From Sphaeroforma arctica JP610 (Eukaryota), in contig NW_014040027.1 of the NCBI RefSeq assembly GCF_001186125.1, forward strand, positions 1-37,830: a stretch of DNA of 37,830 bases. Reading direction: 5' to 3'. Of the stretch, positions 11,601 to 23,865 are shown piece after piece. Position 1 is the first letter of the stretch; the number at the start of each line of letters is the position of its first letter. Below the pieces are notes generated by a model, which was not told where the DNA came from, did not search any database, and saw nothing but the letters and a program-made list of their open reading frames with translations. A program made the position numbers and the translations under genes.

Positions 11601-14600
11601 GATCTCGTCCTCAATTTGGGTTATTTCTTTTTCTTCCACTTTCGCACTGAGTTTGTTGATGTTCATGGTGGTGATCTGGAATGTTCAAGACAAGTATTGT
11701 GATTTTATGGGCGGCGATAAAAAAAATTATCTGGTAAGAAATATATTTGTGTATCTGTAATGACAAGATTAGGGCGGATTGAATTGAGAATATGGTTAGA
11801 TTTAAATGACTTGGAAGAAAGGGTGATATAGCCTGATGGAACGAACGAAAGATTCGGAACCCAATATACAAGATAGTACGCGATGAGAATTTGAATGCGA
11901 ATAGAAATATATGGGAATGAGCATACGAATAGATATGCACAGTTTCGATTGCGCTCCACTCCCAATCACGGGCTCTCTTTAACAGCTGTATATCGACGAT
12001 ATACAACATTGTGCACGAATATGTACGGTAGTGTACAAACCCCATTTTACCCCACTTCCAATCACGCACCTTCTTTGGCAGTTGTACATAGATGATGAAA
12101 ACCAAGTTTCAGCACGGGAATCTAAACTACACGCACAGGAAATATCTCAGAGATATAAGCCCATATTCTGCAAAATAAATCCACCCTCACAGTATTATTG
12201 AGGTGCGACATATCGATGTTTTTATGAGCACAACAGTTTGGATACACTTCCTCAGACCCCAGAAGGCAAGCACACACGTATTCATAAGTACACCACTCAG
12301 TTTTGACCAACTCTAATATAGTATAGAATGAAAATTTAGGTCTGGATATCAAATACATACCTCCATGTCCTGCTGAAACTGACTCAGTCTTTGTTTCGCT
12401 GCTGCAAGTTGTGACTTTGCCTCGTCTAAACTTCGCTCCACACTGGGCACTGAGCTTTGCAATGCAGTTACGTCCCTCTGGTACTGAATTCTCTCCCGTT
12501 TGAGTTCATCGATGGCCTAGTTATGTAAAGACAGGAGAAACAATATGAAATCTGTTAGACAATATAGCGTCCATTGGTCGAAATTGAACATTGTTTTATT
12601 GAACAACGACAGACATTCTAAATTCGATATATATATAATATACAAATTTCATCTAAGTGGAGCAGATGCAAAGACTTCCAAAATCTATAGAAAACCAGAT
12701 ACGGTAAAAACCGGCATAAATACAACAATATTTTCTAACCAGCAACCCTGACATTAAAGTAATAGTAAGTTATAGAATTAAATAATGTTACAAGATGGAG
12801 TATTTTGTGAAATAGTGCAGCCCAGCCAGTAATGACCGAAGATTTAACTCCAGCAAAGAACGCCACAGCAAAAACGTGAATGAAAATATAATTACAGTGG
12901 TATGTTGATAAAATCAAGCTGGAATACCTTTTGTTCCCACTTGGCGGCGCGACTTTCAACACCGGTAAGACCTCCGGTCATGACACCCTGTAATGTGAGC
13001 AACAATTAAAAAAAGTTCAGATATGTACTTTCAGGTCATGAATAAATTTGGAACAGAATATAGCTTGCGAGAATTGACATCGGGTTAGTAGTATGGACAA
13101 CGGCAAATACATACATAAACTGAGAATCAAATTGCTAATAAACACCGAACCCATTTTAGGGGGTTTAAGGCTCTCAAGTATGGCTATATCTAAGCCATCG
13201 ATTGAACTACCGATCTGCGAATCAGAGTGCGACCAACAGTATCATCTCTGCCGAATCACCTTACCTTGTCACAACACAGAGCTATCGCCGGTTGCAAAAG
13301 TAACAGAAACTCGCGCAGGAACAATTATTTATGAATAGCATCTACCGATCAACCAAACATGAGCCATCAATAGTGACACTGTGCTTTTTCACTCGTTCTT
13401 ACGCGAAGCACAGCGCATCCGTCTCTTGCAATGTGCCACACAAACTGTCGTAGTCCAAAAATCTACCTAAAGAACTACCTACCGATCTGCGGATCAACGT
13501 GCCATCGATGGTGACACACTTGTGCTTACTCGCTCGTCCTTTGCCAAAGCACAGTGCTTTCGCCTCCTGCAAAGTGTCACATACAATAGCAGCCCCACAC
13601 GCGAACTCGATGGCTCTGGTGATATCCGCACTGTACTTAATCACATCCACTACGGGACGTTTGGTGCCTCCTCTGAATCATATGGTTTGAAGTGGTATGG
13701 AAAATTTGAGAATATTCAGGACGGAGGCAAAAATCGCATAATCACTTGCCCTGGTCACACATACGCATTCGTTACACTTGAGCATTCACACGGCTTACAC
13801 CTACAAACCCAAGTACGCACACACGCACATACACGCATGGACATTACACAGAGATACAGGCAAACATACAGATGGTAATACAAGCACCAGGGAATGTAAA
13901 CAGGCGTACACTTACAGGTTACGCAGCCGCTCGTCGACAGGCTTGCCCTCGATTGTTTGCAACGGAATGAAGGTGGCCACTCCACCCTTCTGTACCTTGA
14001 GATACTGCATGCATGATTTGGCCGTTTCGACAGTATCCACTACGATAGCGTCCATGTTTTTGCCTACATGTAGCGAAGAATAAAAGAAGGTTTGATTCCA
14101 GCTGTAAATTTTACGGTGGCGACTTACTGCTGTCTGTATCTAGTATCGAACAGTTTGAGAACCAGATAAACTGAAAAAAATCCTGTTCTGTCTCGATTGG
14201 TGGCTAAATTTCATTTAGATCAATTGTTGCCGGATGACAATATGGTCTATTCGCCATTCGCTATTAGATGCTCATGAACTCTATAAATACATCCGAAACT
14301 ACCACTGGAAATAGACGAAATTACGCAGTCTTGTAAACAGCACGCGACCCCATTACAGGCGTACCAAACTGGTCATCGCTACCATCATAGGCATAAAAAT
14401 AGGAATATCAGCAAGCGAGACCTTTGAGTTTACAAAACCCACTTACACGCCCTCCACAAGCATGTATATAACCACAGCAGATACTACGATACACATGAAA
14501 GTCGTCACAAGAATACCAATTACCACCCAGACTACATACCCATCACAACAGTAATGGCGGCATTGAAGCGCTTATGCGTAGGGGAACAAAGGTCCATTAG

Positions 14601-16304
14601 TCGACCCTTGACACCTGGGAACAGCCGTTTCATCTCCTCCAAACACTCCAAAAACTTGCGATCACGTTCACTCTCGTTCTTATCTGCCTTAGCTTCTCTC
14701 AATTGCCCGTCGATCTTGGTCAGTTGAGCGCGAGCATTTTCCAGCTATTTGTGATTTGTAATATAAAAAAAACGTCTACTATTAGTACGAGACCTTATGA
14801 TTTATCACAATTTACATATGTTCGGATTGTGAGCTATGTTATACACACATAATGATAAATAGTGGGTATAACGGGTTTACCTCAGCAAGTACAGATGTGG
14901 GATCAAATTTGAGAATTAAAAAGCGTTGTGCTTTTGGCAACTAATCTTGTAGATCAATAACTAGTTTGGTCGGAAATTGGCATACAACTGCAAAATCGCG
15001 TGCGTAAGTACAGTTGAGGTGCATATAGATACTAAATTAATCTTCGCGAGCAATTTGTACACCTGTTTTAAATATAGTGACAGGCATTAGAACAAGCAAC
15101 GTTTACAGGTATACTTGCAAATAATTTTTCAAAGTTAAAGCAACAAACAATTTCAAAAGATGATAAAGAACTTCATTGTACGGAAAAGAACTCTCAGTAA
15201 ATACCATTGCATTCGATACTATATTTACAATTGTAATGTACGTGTACAAATACACATGCTTTCCTAACATACAAGTAACTTCTCACTGTATGAGTGCGAC
15301 CAACCTTAGTGCTGTCCCGGCTGTGTGTCTTGGAGTGGGCCGTGACCTGATCCGTAAGCTCAAGCACCTTCACCTCTTGCTCCTTCATCTGTGCTGCGAG
15401 TTTCTCTCTGCGCAGCTCAAAGTTCTTCGCCCGGCTCTCCTGTGCATCCCTAGTCTTACAGAACTGGCTGAGCTTGCCTTCTTCTCTGTAGGTAGATTGG
15501 TCGGGGGCATCGTTAGTCTGAACGCTTGACTACATCTAAAGAACCGCCTATACATATACTAGGATTATACATAAAACTGTCCGAAAGAAAAGAGGGTCCT
15601 TCGAACTAAAAACGTGTGGCAAATGCTGAATACACATTCCCGTGCTGACAATTGATCGTAAATCATCGCAAGCGGAAACCAGCCCACTGTGGAGACTTGC
15701 AACTAAACTATTCTCAGTAATGTGAATAATTCTCTTTACTTCAATGAATTAACATGGACCAATCATAAGCAATAAGCGAAAGGTAAGATTCTTACCGACT
15801 GAGATTCTCGGTGGCTATACGCATTGTACGTTGTACCTCGTCTATCTTGCTCTGGAGTGCCATTGTTTGATTCTTTGATGTTGATTTGAGTTTGTTATAC
15901 TGCATCAAAAGTCAGAGAGAAAAGAATCAGTCATACATACAACTTTCAAATATAGTGGATGATTCTAAGTATGCCGTGGCGAACCAGCACTCTGATAACC
16001 CAAGTATAATATACTATCTGATTGTCAGGACGTTCAAGGTTATAATATTAGGCAACTTTTCAGCAGGATGTACCTTCAATGGAATGAAATGCAGATTACT
16101 GATTTGAGAAATACAGAAAATAACCAGGACAGTACACTATATTGAAAGACCGTATCTCAGGAAAGAAGGATGTATCGTGTCACTAGAAGATTGTCACCGT
16201 TGCTCCAGTGTAAAAATGATGCATCTACCAAAAAAGAAAAATACAATTTTATATAAACATATACATATAGACACATATCACCCAGTAGACGAAATATATC
16301 GATT

Positions 16305-16336
<32 letters not shown>

Positions 16337-19300
16337 ATAAATACATATAATAATGTATATATATATATATATTATTATATATATATATAATATATATATA
16401 TATATATAAAATATATCTATATCTATATAGATATGATATAATATATATATATATATACTCGTACGCTCACTCATACACTCATACACATATATATCTATAT
16501 CTATATCAATATCTATATATATAAATATATACATAATATATAGTGTGTATGCGTGTTTATAGTATACATTTAAAAACAAATGGATTTTTATATTGTATTA
16601 ACACAAGAGAGGATGTATGCACCTGTTCCAATTGCGCAGTAGCCAAAGTGATATCAGCAGAACCCCCTTCTCCGGTTATCTCGGCCTCATACTTATTCTT
16701 ACGACGGGCGATATCCTTGATATCACGCTGTATGATTCGCAATGGTGAACGTAGGATTTTCAGCACAGCTACTTTTGAATACTGAGATTGTGCTCTCAAT
16801 ATTGCGGAGCTAATCGATAACCATGGTAAAGTAAATACCAGTCTACATTGTCTCGGATGTGTCATTTCGTGGCTTATTACAGGCCGAAATGTCGATAGGC
16901 CCAGTCACAGGCAATCGGTAAAACATTTACCACCAGGCCTACAGTCTGCAACATACTGAGGCGTTAAAAGAAAAACGTGGAATGAACCTACGCTATACAC
17001 CTAATATCTCCACAAGCAATTCGGTACTCAAATAGACGTACAAATATCTAGATAGACGATTACTGTGAGAGTATGAGTCATTCATACAGAATGCACATAC
17101 ACACCTCGAGCTTGTCCACCGTGGCCTCCTGTTTCGACACATCCCTCTCCGCTTGCTGGAGATGCGCGCGCTCTTCCTCGATCTATTGATAAAATGACAA
17201 ATGTGACGATTATTCAACACGCATATCTATCTACTTCAAACATTGGGGAAAATATCTTAAGTGTAGAGGTTATTTCTTTTTTTCCAGATGAAAAAATGCC
17301 TCTAGGTGTTAGTGCTTCATTGTGTACAGACTTTTAGTATCGTTCCTTGCTTGCCATGATGACTACACCTCAAATTTAGTGAGTGGGACAGCGAGTAGAA
17401 CCAATTAACTAGTTAAACATATATAGTTCCATCAGTGCCTGTGTCACATGCGTGTACGTATACGTGTGCATTTGAAAAAGATATTGTGGTTTCGCTATTG
17501 ACAAACGTGAAGTATCAGAACGTGAAGTATCAGAACGTGCATCGAAATCAATTGGGTGGTAAGCAAGTTCGTCCTTGCTAGGTACATCAAAACGACAGGC
17601 AGGTGAGGAAATGAGGGAGCGGCATACCAAGTCCAAACGTGATCACTGAAAAACTTGTGACTGTGTCTGGAATTCAATACAAACAAATTTTTTTCGGGTG
17701 TAGATTGCACATCGCAAACATATATGTACATGTACATCAACAATGGTCACATTCGCACACAGATTACGAAACTAACCTTTTTCTTGCAATGCTCGAGCTG
17801 CTGTAAGATTTTTGTTCGTTTGGGCCGCACCTTCTTTAATTCCCGATTCTGCAATGTAACGACAACCCCGGGTTAAGTAATGCGACATATTTTGTTGTTG
17901 TTGGATTTCTTGGCCCGCTTGACATTCGAACCCAGAGTATTCAGAGATCAAGGGAACGTACTCACAGAAAATCGCTTGACAATACAGTGTAATTGTTAGA
18001 GTGCCGTGCCGCATCAACAAATATATTATACAAATTCCGAGGATGCATACAAGTACGCACACAAATAACTCTTTGAGTTGGTAAGCACACTCGCACACAA
18101 CGATATGTATAAATACTTAAATATACAGACATGGTCGCCTAGCACTGAACATACTCCCAAAGACGTACGCTCATACGGGCATAAACACCAGCCATTCCAC
18201 TTCTAGTCTCATACTTGCGACTTTTAACCGCAGACGTTCATGAAAAATAACACCTCACGTGCACGCCGTCTCGTATGCATAAACGCTACTGCAGGACTAT
18301 CAATAATTATACTCGTACATATGAAAATCCTTATAAACTCAGTGTCCCTTTAGCACGTTCATGGGATTCGTTCGATTTTTCAAATAGCACGAGCTCACCT
18401 TGTCCCTGATTTGATCGTCAAATTTGACCAGCTGGGACTGTTCTTTGGCCAATGCGCGTCGCCTACTGCGTTCCTGTTCTTCGGCTTTAGTTTGTTCGGC
18501 TTTTGCAATCTCTACATCCTTGCCGAGCAAATTGGCCATATTCTACAAATTCAAGCATATACGTAGAGAGAAAATTATACAATTAGTCCTGCATGCGAGA
18601 GCCATGAAAGAAAACGGCTGGGTAAGGGTTTACAATCTTGATACAATGTTTATAGGCGTCTATGGATAATGATACAATATCGTGATAGTACATTTTTACT
18701 AAATAACCAATCATATACTTGTGAAGGCAGATTGTCACAGTGAAAGAAAGCCATACAGTAGCACAGAGTTCTCCTTTCGCAGGCGAATGATGGTAGAAGC
18801 GTTCAACACTGAATACACAGAACACTCAATACATATACACGTAAGTTGTTGCAAAATATAAATACAAAAAGGAGCCGACTGGCACAAAAGCCTTTCTTTT
18901 GGGAGGGAGGAAGGGGGGGGTAAAGGGAGGACGTTAAAAGTTTGTGAATCACATACCAGAGATCCCTTCATCTGCCGCTGAATGTCCCAGAGCTGGAACA
19001 GGAAATATTGTACTTCAATTTGATCCTGAAGGCAAATGGCCAATATGATAGGCAGTATCGATTAGAAAAGTTGAGAAAAATAAACGATTATATGAATTTC
19101 AGTAAGACTAGACGTTAGGGAGTGTGGGTTACGTATATTAAAATCGAATACATAATAAAATGATTTGAGCGACATAAAATAATGACTAACCACCTATATT
19201 TGCGTATTCGGTGCTCAAGCTGGTGTGAGTGCCCTGTGCATTGTTCTAGCATACATAATAAACTTGGGACTATGTATGTATGCGTATCCGCGTATACGTG

Positions 19301-20887
19301 TGTGTATATGTGTGTGCCTTGGACTTTGTGTGTGTGAAAGAGGGTGTAGAATATGTATATGAATATGAGCCTATGTAAGCATTCTTGCGCGTGTATGTGC
19401 ACATATATATGAAGAAGTCAGAATTCTTCCTAAATCTTATCACTTTGAGAGCGAGTGGCTCAAATAATGTGTAGCCAACATCAACATAGTCATAGACAGC
19501 CCGTACCCGAATCGGGTTCACGCCTACAACAGTTGTAGCTTTCGGACATCGCAATTACCTCCCAGATACAAACTACGTCTCCAAACGTACTTGTGTTCTA
19601 ACACTACTTTTTGCAGTGAATCACAATATTAATTTTGCTATCAAACTTTCATATCTCAAATTCACTTGAACGTGAAAATACCAGCCTCAATCTTTTTTTA
19701 CCTGTTGGGCACTCAAACCCCTAATTAAACAAATATCATTATTAAATACAGTCTCCGCCTATAATATCATCAACACAAACTCTACGCACCCTATTGTTGG
19801 TCAGCTTTTGGAACTTATCGGCCTCATCTTTCTGTTCCTTGAACTGTTTCTTCTCTGAGTTGATACCCTTGCGGCGTTGGTAGAAGTCTTTGAGTTCCTC
19901 TTCCGCTTTCTCCTTCTCGACCTGCGCATTTTCATAATCGGGTTTCATCGCTCCGGAACTGCAAACAAATCATATCGCATCATTGATTAAACTTAGACCA
20001 AATTGAACATTCAATGTGAGAATATTACATGTATTAGGTGTTTTTCGTTTGAGAATCAGGTACAACTAGTTCGTGCATATTCGGATTCTGCATCCAACCC
20101 ATCCCATGTGCTACGGCATGATAAACAAATGCCATCAGTCCTTTCGATTGTATTGACGGAGGCTGTATTGAAACGAGAGGATTTGTGTTTACATCTATCT
20201 CACAAATACCTCACAATGTTTCGCAAGTGAGAAGCTTAGTTTACTGTCAGACAATCATGAAGAGTCTCAGCACTATGCGTGCTAGAAAATGCTAGCAGCA
20301 ATAAGTTTAGGCGGATAGGGGGGAAGAGAAGATGGGGNNNNNNNNNNNNNNNNNNNNGGGAGGAGAGAGTGGGGCGGGGGGGGGGGGAGGTAGTTAGTAC
20401 ACGTGTATCAAATTGGTGCACATATCTACAAAGTTAAATGTGTAGTATTATCACCCGCACGTGCTTGGACGCATATGCCCTCAACCGACACGTAAGCACG
20501 AACAGCTGATTGTGAGCGTGCATATTTAAATGTATCTATAAATTATAGACTCGCAGATGAGTATTATACACACTTTTAGTCACTCCTAACATACCCACTG
20601 ATCTGCTCGAACAGCAACGTAAGATCCTTCGGCTGCTTAGACGCGAGTGACTCGACATCTCCTTGGAAAACAAGAAAGTTGCGTGCCTTGGAGATGATAT
20701 TGATATCCTTCAGACGTTGCATGTAGACTTCCTGAGTAACCACTTTATTGTTGTAGCGATACTCAGAAGTTCCGTTCTGCTGTACACTACGATAAAACAG
20801 AGTGTCCTTGTCGGCTCCTTCTTCTCGGTAAACAGCTCGCACATATGCCTGATATTGAGGATGGGTACGCAGGCAATAGCTTGAGCA

Positions 20888-20919
<32 letters not shown>

Positions 20920-23295
20920 AATATATATAAATATATATATATATATATATGTGTGCATATACACATATATACATACATACATACATACATACATATACAT
21001 ATACATACAGACATACAAATACATATATATATATATCCAGATTTAAGTACGCAAATCACGAGTGGGATGCGTGAGAGAACATGAAAAACGATGTGCTTAT
21101 ACATATCCAAACTCCATATGTTTATTCTTAACGCTAACTGGAATGGCGTATTGAAACATGTATAAAGACATAGGCAGGAGTATGTACCTTGTACAATAAA
21201 TACGCCAACCATGAGCAAGTGTACAACGCCACAGTAGAACACTTGCCTTCAGGCGGGCAATCAGAAGCACCGCTGAGCACAACTATGTCACACTCTGCAA
21301 GCGAAAGGTATGCTATTTCGCTGTTTATTGTCCCTTCGAGTATGCTTATCAACCACCGTCAATCACCCGGTGTACAGTCAAACCGAGGAAGACGTGTATA
21401 TCTAATGGCTTCATGCCTGAAGTGACTGAAATAACTGAATAGGCCTTTGGAAACCTCTCACCTCTTACATTCGGGATCCTGTACTGCTCGAAACAGATAT
21501 CTGATCTAAGAAGCGCAGTCATTTTGACGATCGGGCAAACCAGTGTTGTACTGGTTAAATGACAAATTGAAATCTACTGAAATACTGACAAATACAGATA
21601 TTATCCTTGAATGACCTACCTTGTCCGCACCCGCGGCAGTACCAGCGCCATTGACCAAATTCTTCAAGTGACTCGCGCGCAGATGCTGTGATCGGACGCC
21701 CAGTACAAAACTGATGGCATCCATCAAATTGGACTTACCCGCGCCATTTGGTCCAATTACAGCCGTGAAGTTAAGAAATGGGCCCAGAGTCTGTTTACCT
21801 GAAGTGCAACGACGATGTTGACACGTTAGCGATGTCTGACTGAGTTTATGGCTATCCAAGTGTAGTGAGGTGGTATGGTATGACCCTCATGTGTACTCTG
21901 TGGTCTGAAGTTGGTGTGGTTCAGTTTGACGTGGTGTTGTCCTGCGTGTGTTTATGTCACTACAGCCACTATCAAGGATTTAAATTACATGTGCATATTA
22001 CCGACTGCTTTGGCCTGGTGTCGCGTGGTTTACATGGCTCCTATACAGTCCCCTGCTAGTTGATTATATGTGGCGTGAACGTGTGATTAGTTTGAATGAG
22101 TGGTTCTAGCTGACTTTGTTGCTCCATATTTTTCATGTTGGTTTAATGTGTTCGTGTGCAGCTCAGTTTGTGACATGAATCGACTTCGTACAGCATACTT
22201 CAATATGCTTGGTGTTATTTCAGTGATTTCAAAGGCTTATCGCTTGAGTGCATCATAGTACGCTGTATCGGATCTGACCCACTTTCGTGGAAAGAGTTCG
22301 ATGTATATATATCCAATGAGATCTGATCTTAGCTGTACAACAAACAACAATTTCTCAATATTGCAAAGAACAGCCGCGGATGAGATGAACTAAAATGAGC
22401 AGACGCGTGCAGTCAGCTATACACGCGTGTGTACAGTAGGAGTAAGCTCGAGGCTAGGGTATGAGATCATTTTTGGAGCTAATTCGGTCAAGGGTAGACA
22501 CGTGTTAATGGTATGTCAAACGTGCACAAGCTCGCAATATGAACGCGGTGTGATAGAACAAACGTATTTTTGCATTGTGTATGGACGCAGGAGTATAAAA
22601 ATTAACAGTGCACCTGCAGCGTGCTACTGATAGACGATGTGTGACTGATAGACGATGTGTGACTGATAGACGATGTGTGACTATTTCAGCAAAGATTTTG
22701 GCTTATGTTGACAACCAAAGCATAAAAATGAAAGAATTTATGTAGCTGCTATCTGCCATTTAGATCTCAATATAGGCCTTTGCGGAAAAATATCAATTTT
22801 ATGACATGCTACTAAGAATAGCCACATATTCTATATAGAACAGGCTGTCCGCAGTTGAAAGGATGGGGTGTACGTATACTTTGAGGTGGATATAAATATT
22901 GACATGACTATACTGTAGCACACATATCACACATGTAAGATGTTTTATAACTTTAAATACGGACTGGACTGTACCACTAAAAGGAACATTCCATGTTGTC
23001 GAACTTTTGTCTAAAACGCAAGACCATTCCATCCGCTACACCACAAATTTACTACCTGCGAGTAAGAAGGAAATCTACATTGAAGCTTAAACAATCGGAA
23101 TCATGAGTTATGAGTTATTTAAAATACCTATATTTTTTTGATCACTTCAAAAAATTAGTTGCACGGGGATACTTGTTGCATGATTTCCGTCTAATGTGTA
23201 TAAACATCACATACTCGTCAATATACCGCACAATCCCACACGAGCAACTCACCTCTGTAAGACTTGAAATTCTCGACCTCCAAGCGGATCAACAT
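5656..23295 (-). CDS. SMC1: Structural maintenance of chromosomes protein 1 (cohesin subunit), 27 exons, 1230 aa
   Basis: Exons in transcript order: 23253-23295, 21620-21798, 20595-20848, 19790-19958, 18957-19025, 18399-18542, 17777-17848, 17105-17182, 16623-16727, 15796-15899, 15305-15485, 14540-14744, 13916-14063, 13483-13672, 12928-12987, 12361-12516, 11466-11675, 10936-11070, 10467-10682, 9633-9756, 9046-9174, 8733-8875, 8297-8376, 7525-7645, 6747-6871, 6441-6549, 5656-5799. They sum to 3693 nt with consistent phases. Motifs: [15 protein letters not shown], Walker [11 protein letters not shown]-loop [12 protein letters not shown], hinge ([12 protein letters not shown]...[14 protein letters not shown]), [10 protein letters not shown], signature [18 protein letters not shown], Walker [16 protein letters not shown]1-type [10 protein letters not shown]. 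Confidence 0.97.
8377..8732 (-). other. GC-AG intron (SMC1 intron 22)
   Basis: Donor GAG|GCACGT, acceptor TTGCAG|GTT. This join gives [18 protein letters not shown], colinear with SMC1 as recalled (RDKFQETSDEFEAARKRA). The nearby GT (C|GTTATA) is the wrong phase. Confidence 0.85.
9230..9256. repeat. (TA)n microsatellite, intronic
   Basis: Directly visible TA run. Confidence 0.9.
10770..10860 (-). pseudogene. Decayed tandem copy of the 3' part of SMC1 exon 18 plus donor (pseudo-exon)
   Basis: TTTGATAGGCGCATCAGCCGCCTACATAGTTCACTCG-TTTCGAGAAGTCGGTCTCGTGTCTTAGCAGGTGAAGATTGCCAAAGGGTACG versus exon TTTGACAGTCACATCAGCCGCCTGCAGAGCTCACTCGAATTTGAGAAGTCACGCCTCGTATCTTCGCAAGTGAGGATTGCCAAGAAGGTACG. Contains indels and a TAG. 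Confidence 0.92.
11230..11425 (-). pseudogene. Array of 3-4 decayed copies of the SMC1 exon 17 3' end plus donor
   Basis: Real end [13 protein letters not shown]|gtatgt. Copies: [13 protein letters not shown]|gtgtgt (about 11230-11285), [12 protein letters not shown]|gtactt (about 11345-11390), and fainter ones near 11305-11332 and 11392-11422. Confidence 0.75.
11931..12096. repeat. Diverged tandem duplication (~96-bp period) inside SMC1 intron 16
   Basis: ccactcccaatcacgggctctctttaacagctgtatatcgacgat (11956-12000) versus ccacttccaatcacgcaccttctttggcagttgtacatagatgat (12052-12096). Confidence 0.75.
13205..13445 (-). pseudogene. Two decayed tandem copies of the 3' half of SMC1 exon 14 plus donor
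   Basis: Real [33 protein letters not shown]|gtaggt. Copy 1 reads [26 protein letters not shown]...atcg|gtagat (donor 13345). Copy 2 reads ...actgttggtcgcactctgattcgcagatcg|gtagtt (donor 13210). Spacing 137 and 135 bp. Confidence 0.85.
16305..16545. repeat. Compound (CA)n/(TA)n microsatellite in SMC1 intron 9
   Basis: Directly visible. Confidence 0.95.
17504..17539. repeat. 15-bp tandem repeat AACGTGAAGTATCAG x2.4
   Basis: Directly visible. Confidence 0.85.
20887..21036. repeat. (TA)n/(TACA)n low-complexity tract in SMC1 intron 2
   Basis: Directly visible; explains the YIYIYI spurious ORFs. Confidence 0.95.
22626..22682. repeat. Perfect 18-bp minisatellite ACTGATAGACGATGTGTG x3 in SMC1 intron 1
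   Basis: Three identical consecutive units. Confidence 0.95.
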
Positions 23296-23865
23296 GGTGA
23301 AGGTCGCCTACAGCTAAAGATAACCTACTTCGTCAACGTGCTCGTCTGTACGTACATGTACACAGCACCAACAGAGGGGACTTCTACTGTATTTCTAAGA
23401 CGTATTTCTTTATTATACTAATATTAATATACGTGTTGGACACGATAGTAATAAAAACTGGCCGCAGCCGCACTATTATAAAAAAAAAGTACAAATTCTG
23501 AAAAATGAATGATTTCCGTTGGTTTCAAATTTTGACCGGTTTTGTCATTTTGGCGCCAAACTGGACACTGGTCAAAATGGGCCCCATTCTTTTGCAAATA
23601 GGATCTGGTTAAAAGTCTCACTCTAGAGAGAGAGAGAGTGAGACTCTGCGCGAGAGACAGACAAGCTTCCCATCTTGTGATGAACCACTCTTTCCAAAAA
23701 TACATGTGCAAGCCTGCAAGTTATGTACACATATTAAATGGATAGATTATACTGATAAGCACGCAGGCAAGTAGAAGTACTGCTATATTTACTGTAAGAA
23801 CAGAAGGGATGGGTAGTGATTTTAGGCTAAAATCAAATTAAATAGTGGAAACAGCTGTAGACAAT
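23296..23865. promoter_or_regulatory. Bidirectional promoter region of SMC1 and ArfGAP, with a palindromic E2F-type site TTTGGCGCCAAA (23549-23560) and a CHR-like TTTGAA (- strand, 23524-23529)
   Basis: Divergent start codons 570 bp apart. The motif matches the E2F consensus TTTSSCGC on both strands. Function is inferred. Confidence 0.55.

Noticed and set aside
10770..13445. Echoes interpreted as functional mutually exclusive exons
   Set aside because: Copies are partial, lack matching acceptors, and carry stops or frameshifts; SMC1 is full length without them.
16990..18360. Possible faint echoes after SMC1 exons 6 and 8 (similar hints after exons 15, 21, 22, 25, 26)
   Set aside because: Matches of about 8-12 nt cannot be told from chance by eye; they need a statistical test.
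20710..21242. Long Y/I/C/V-rich ORFs (also 16304-16579, 19115-19554, 30080-30733)
   Set aside because: Artefacts of microsatellites or N gaps.
22626..22682. CRISPR-like repeat
   Set aside because: Units are contiguous with no spacers; eukaryotic intron; no cas genes.
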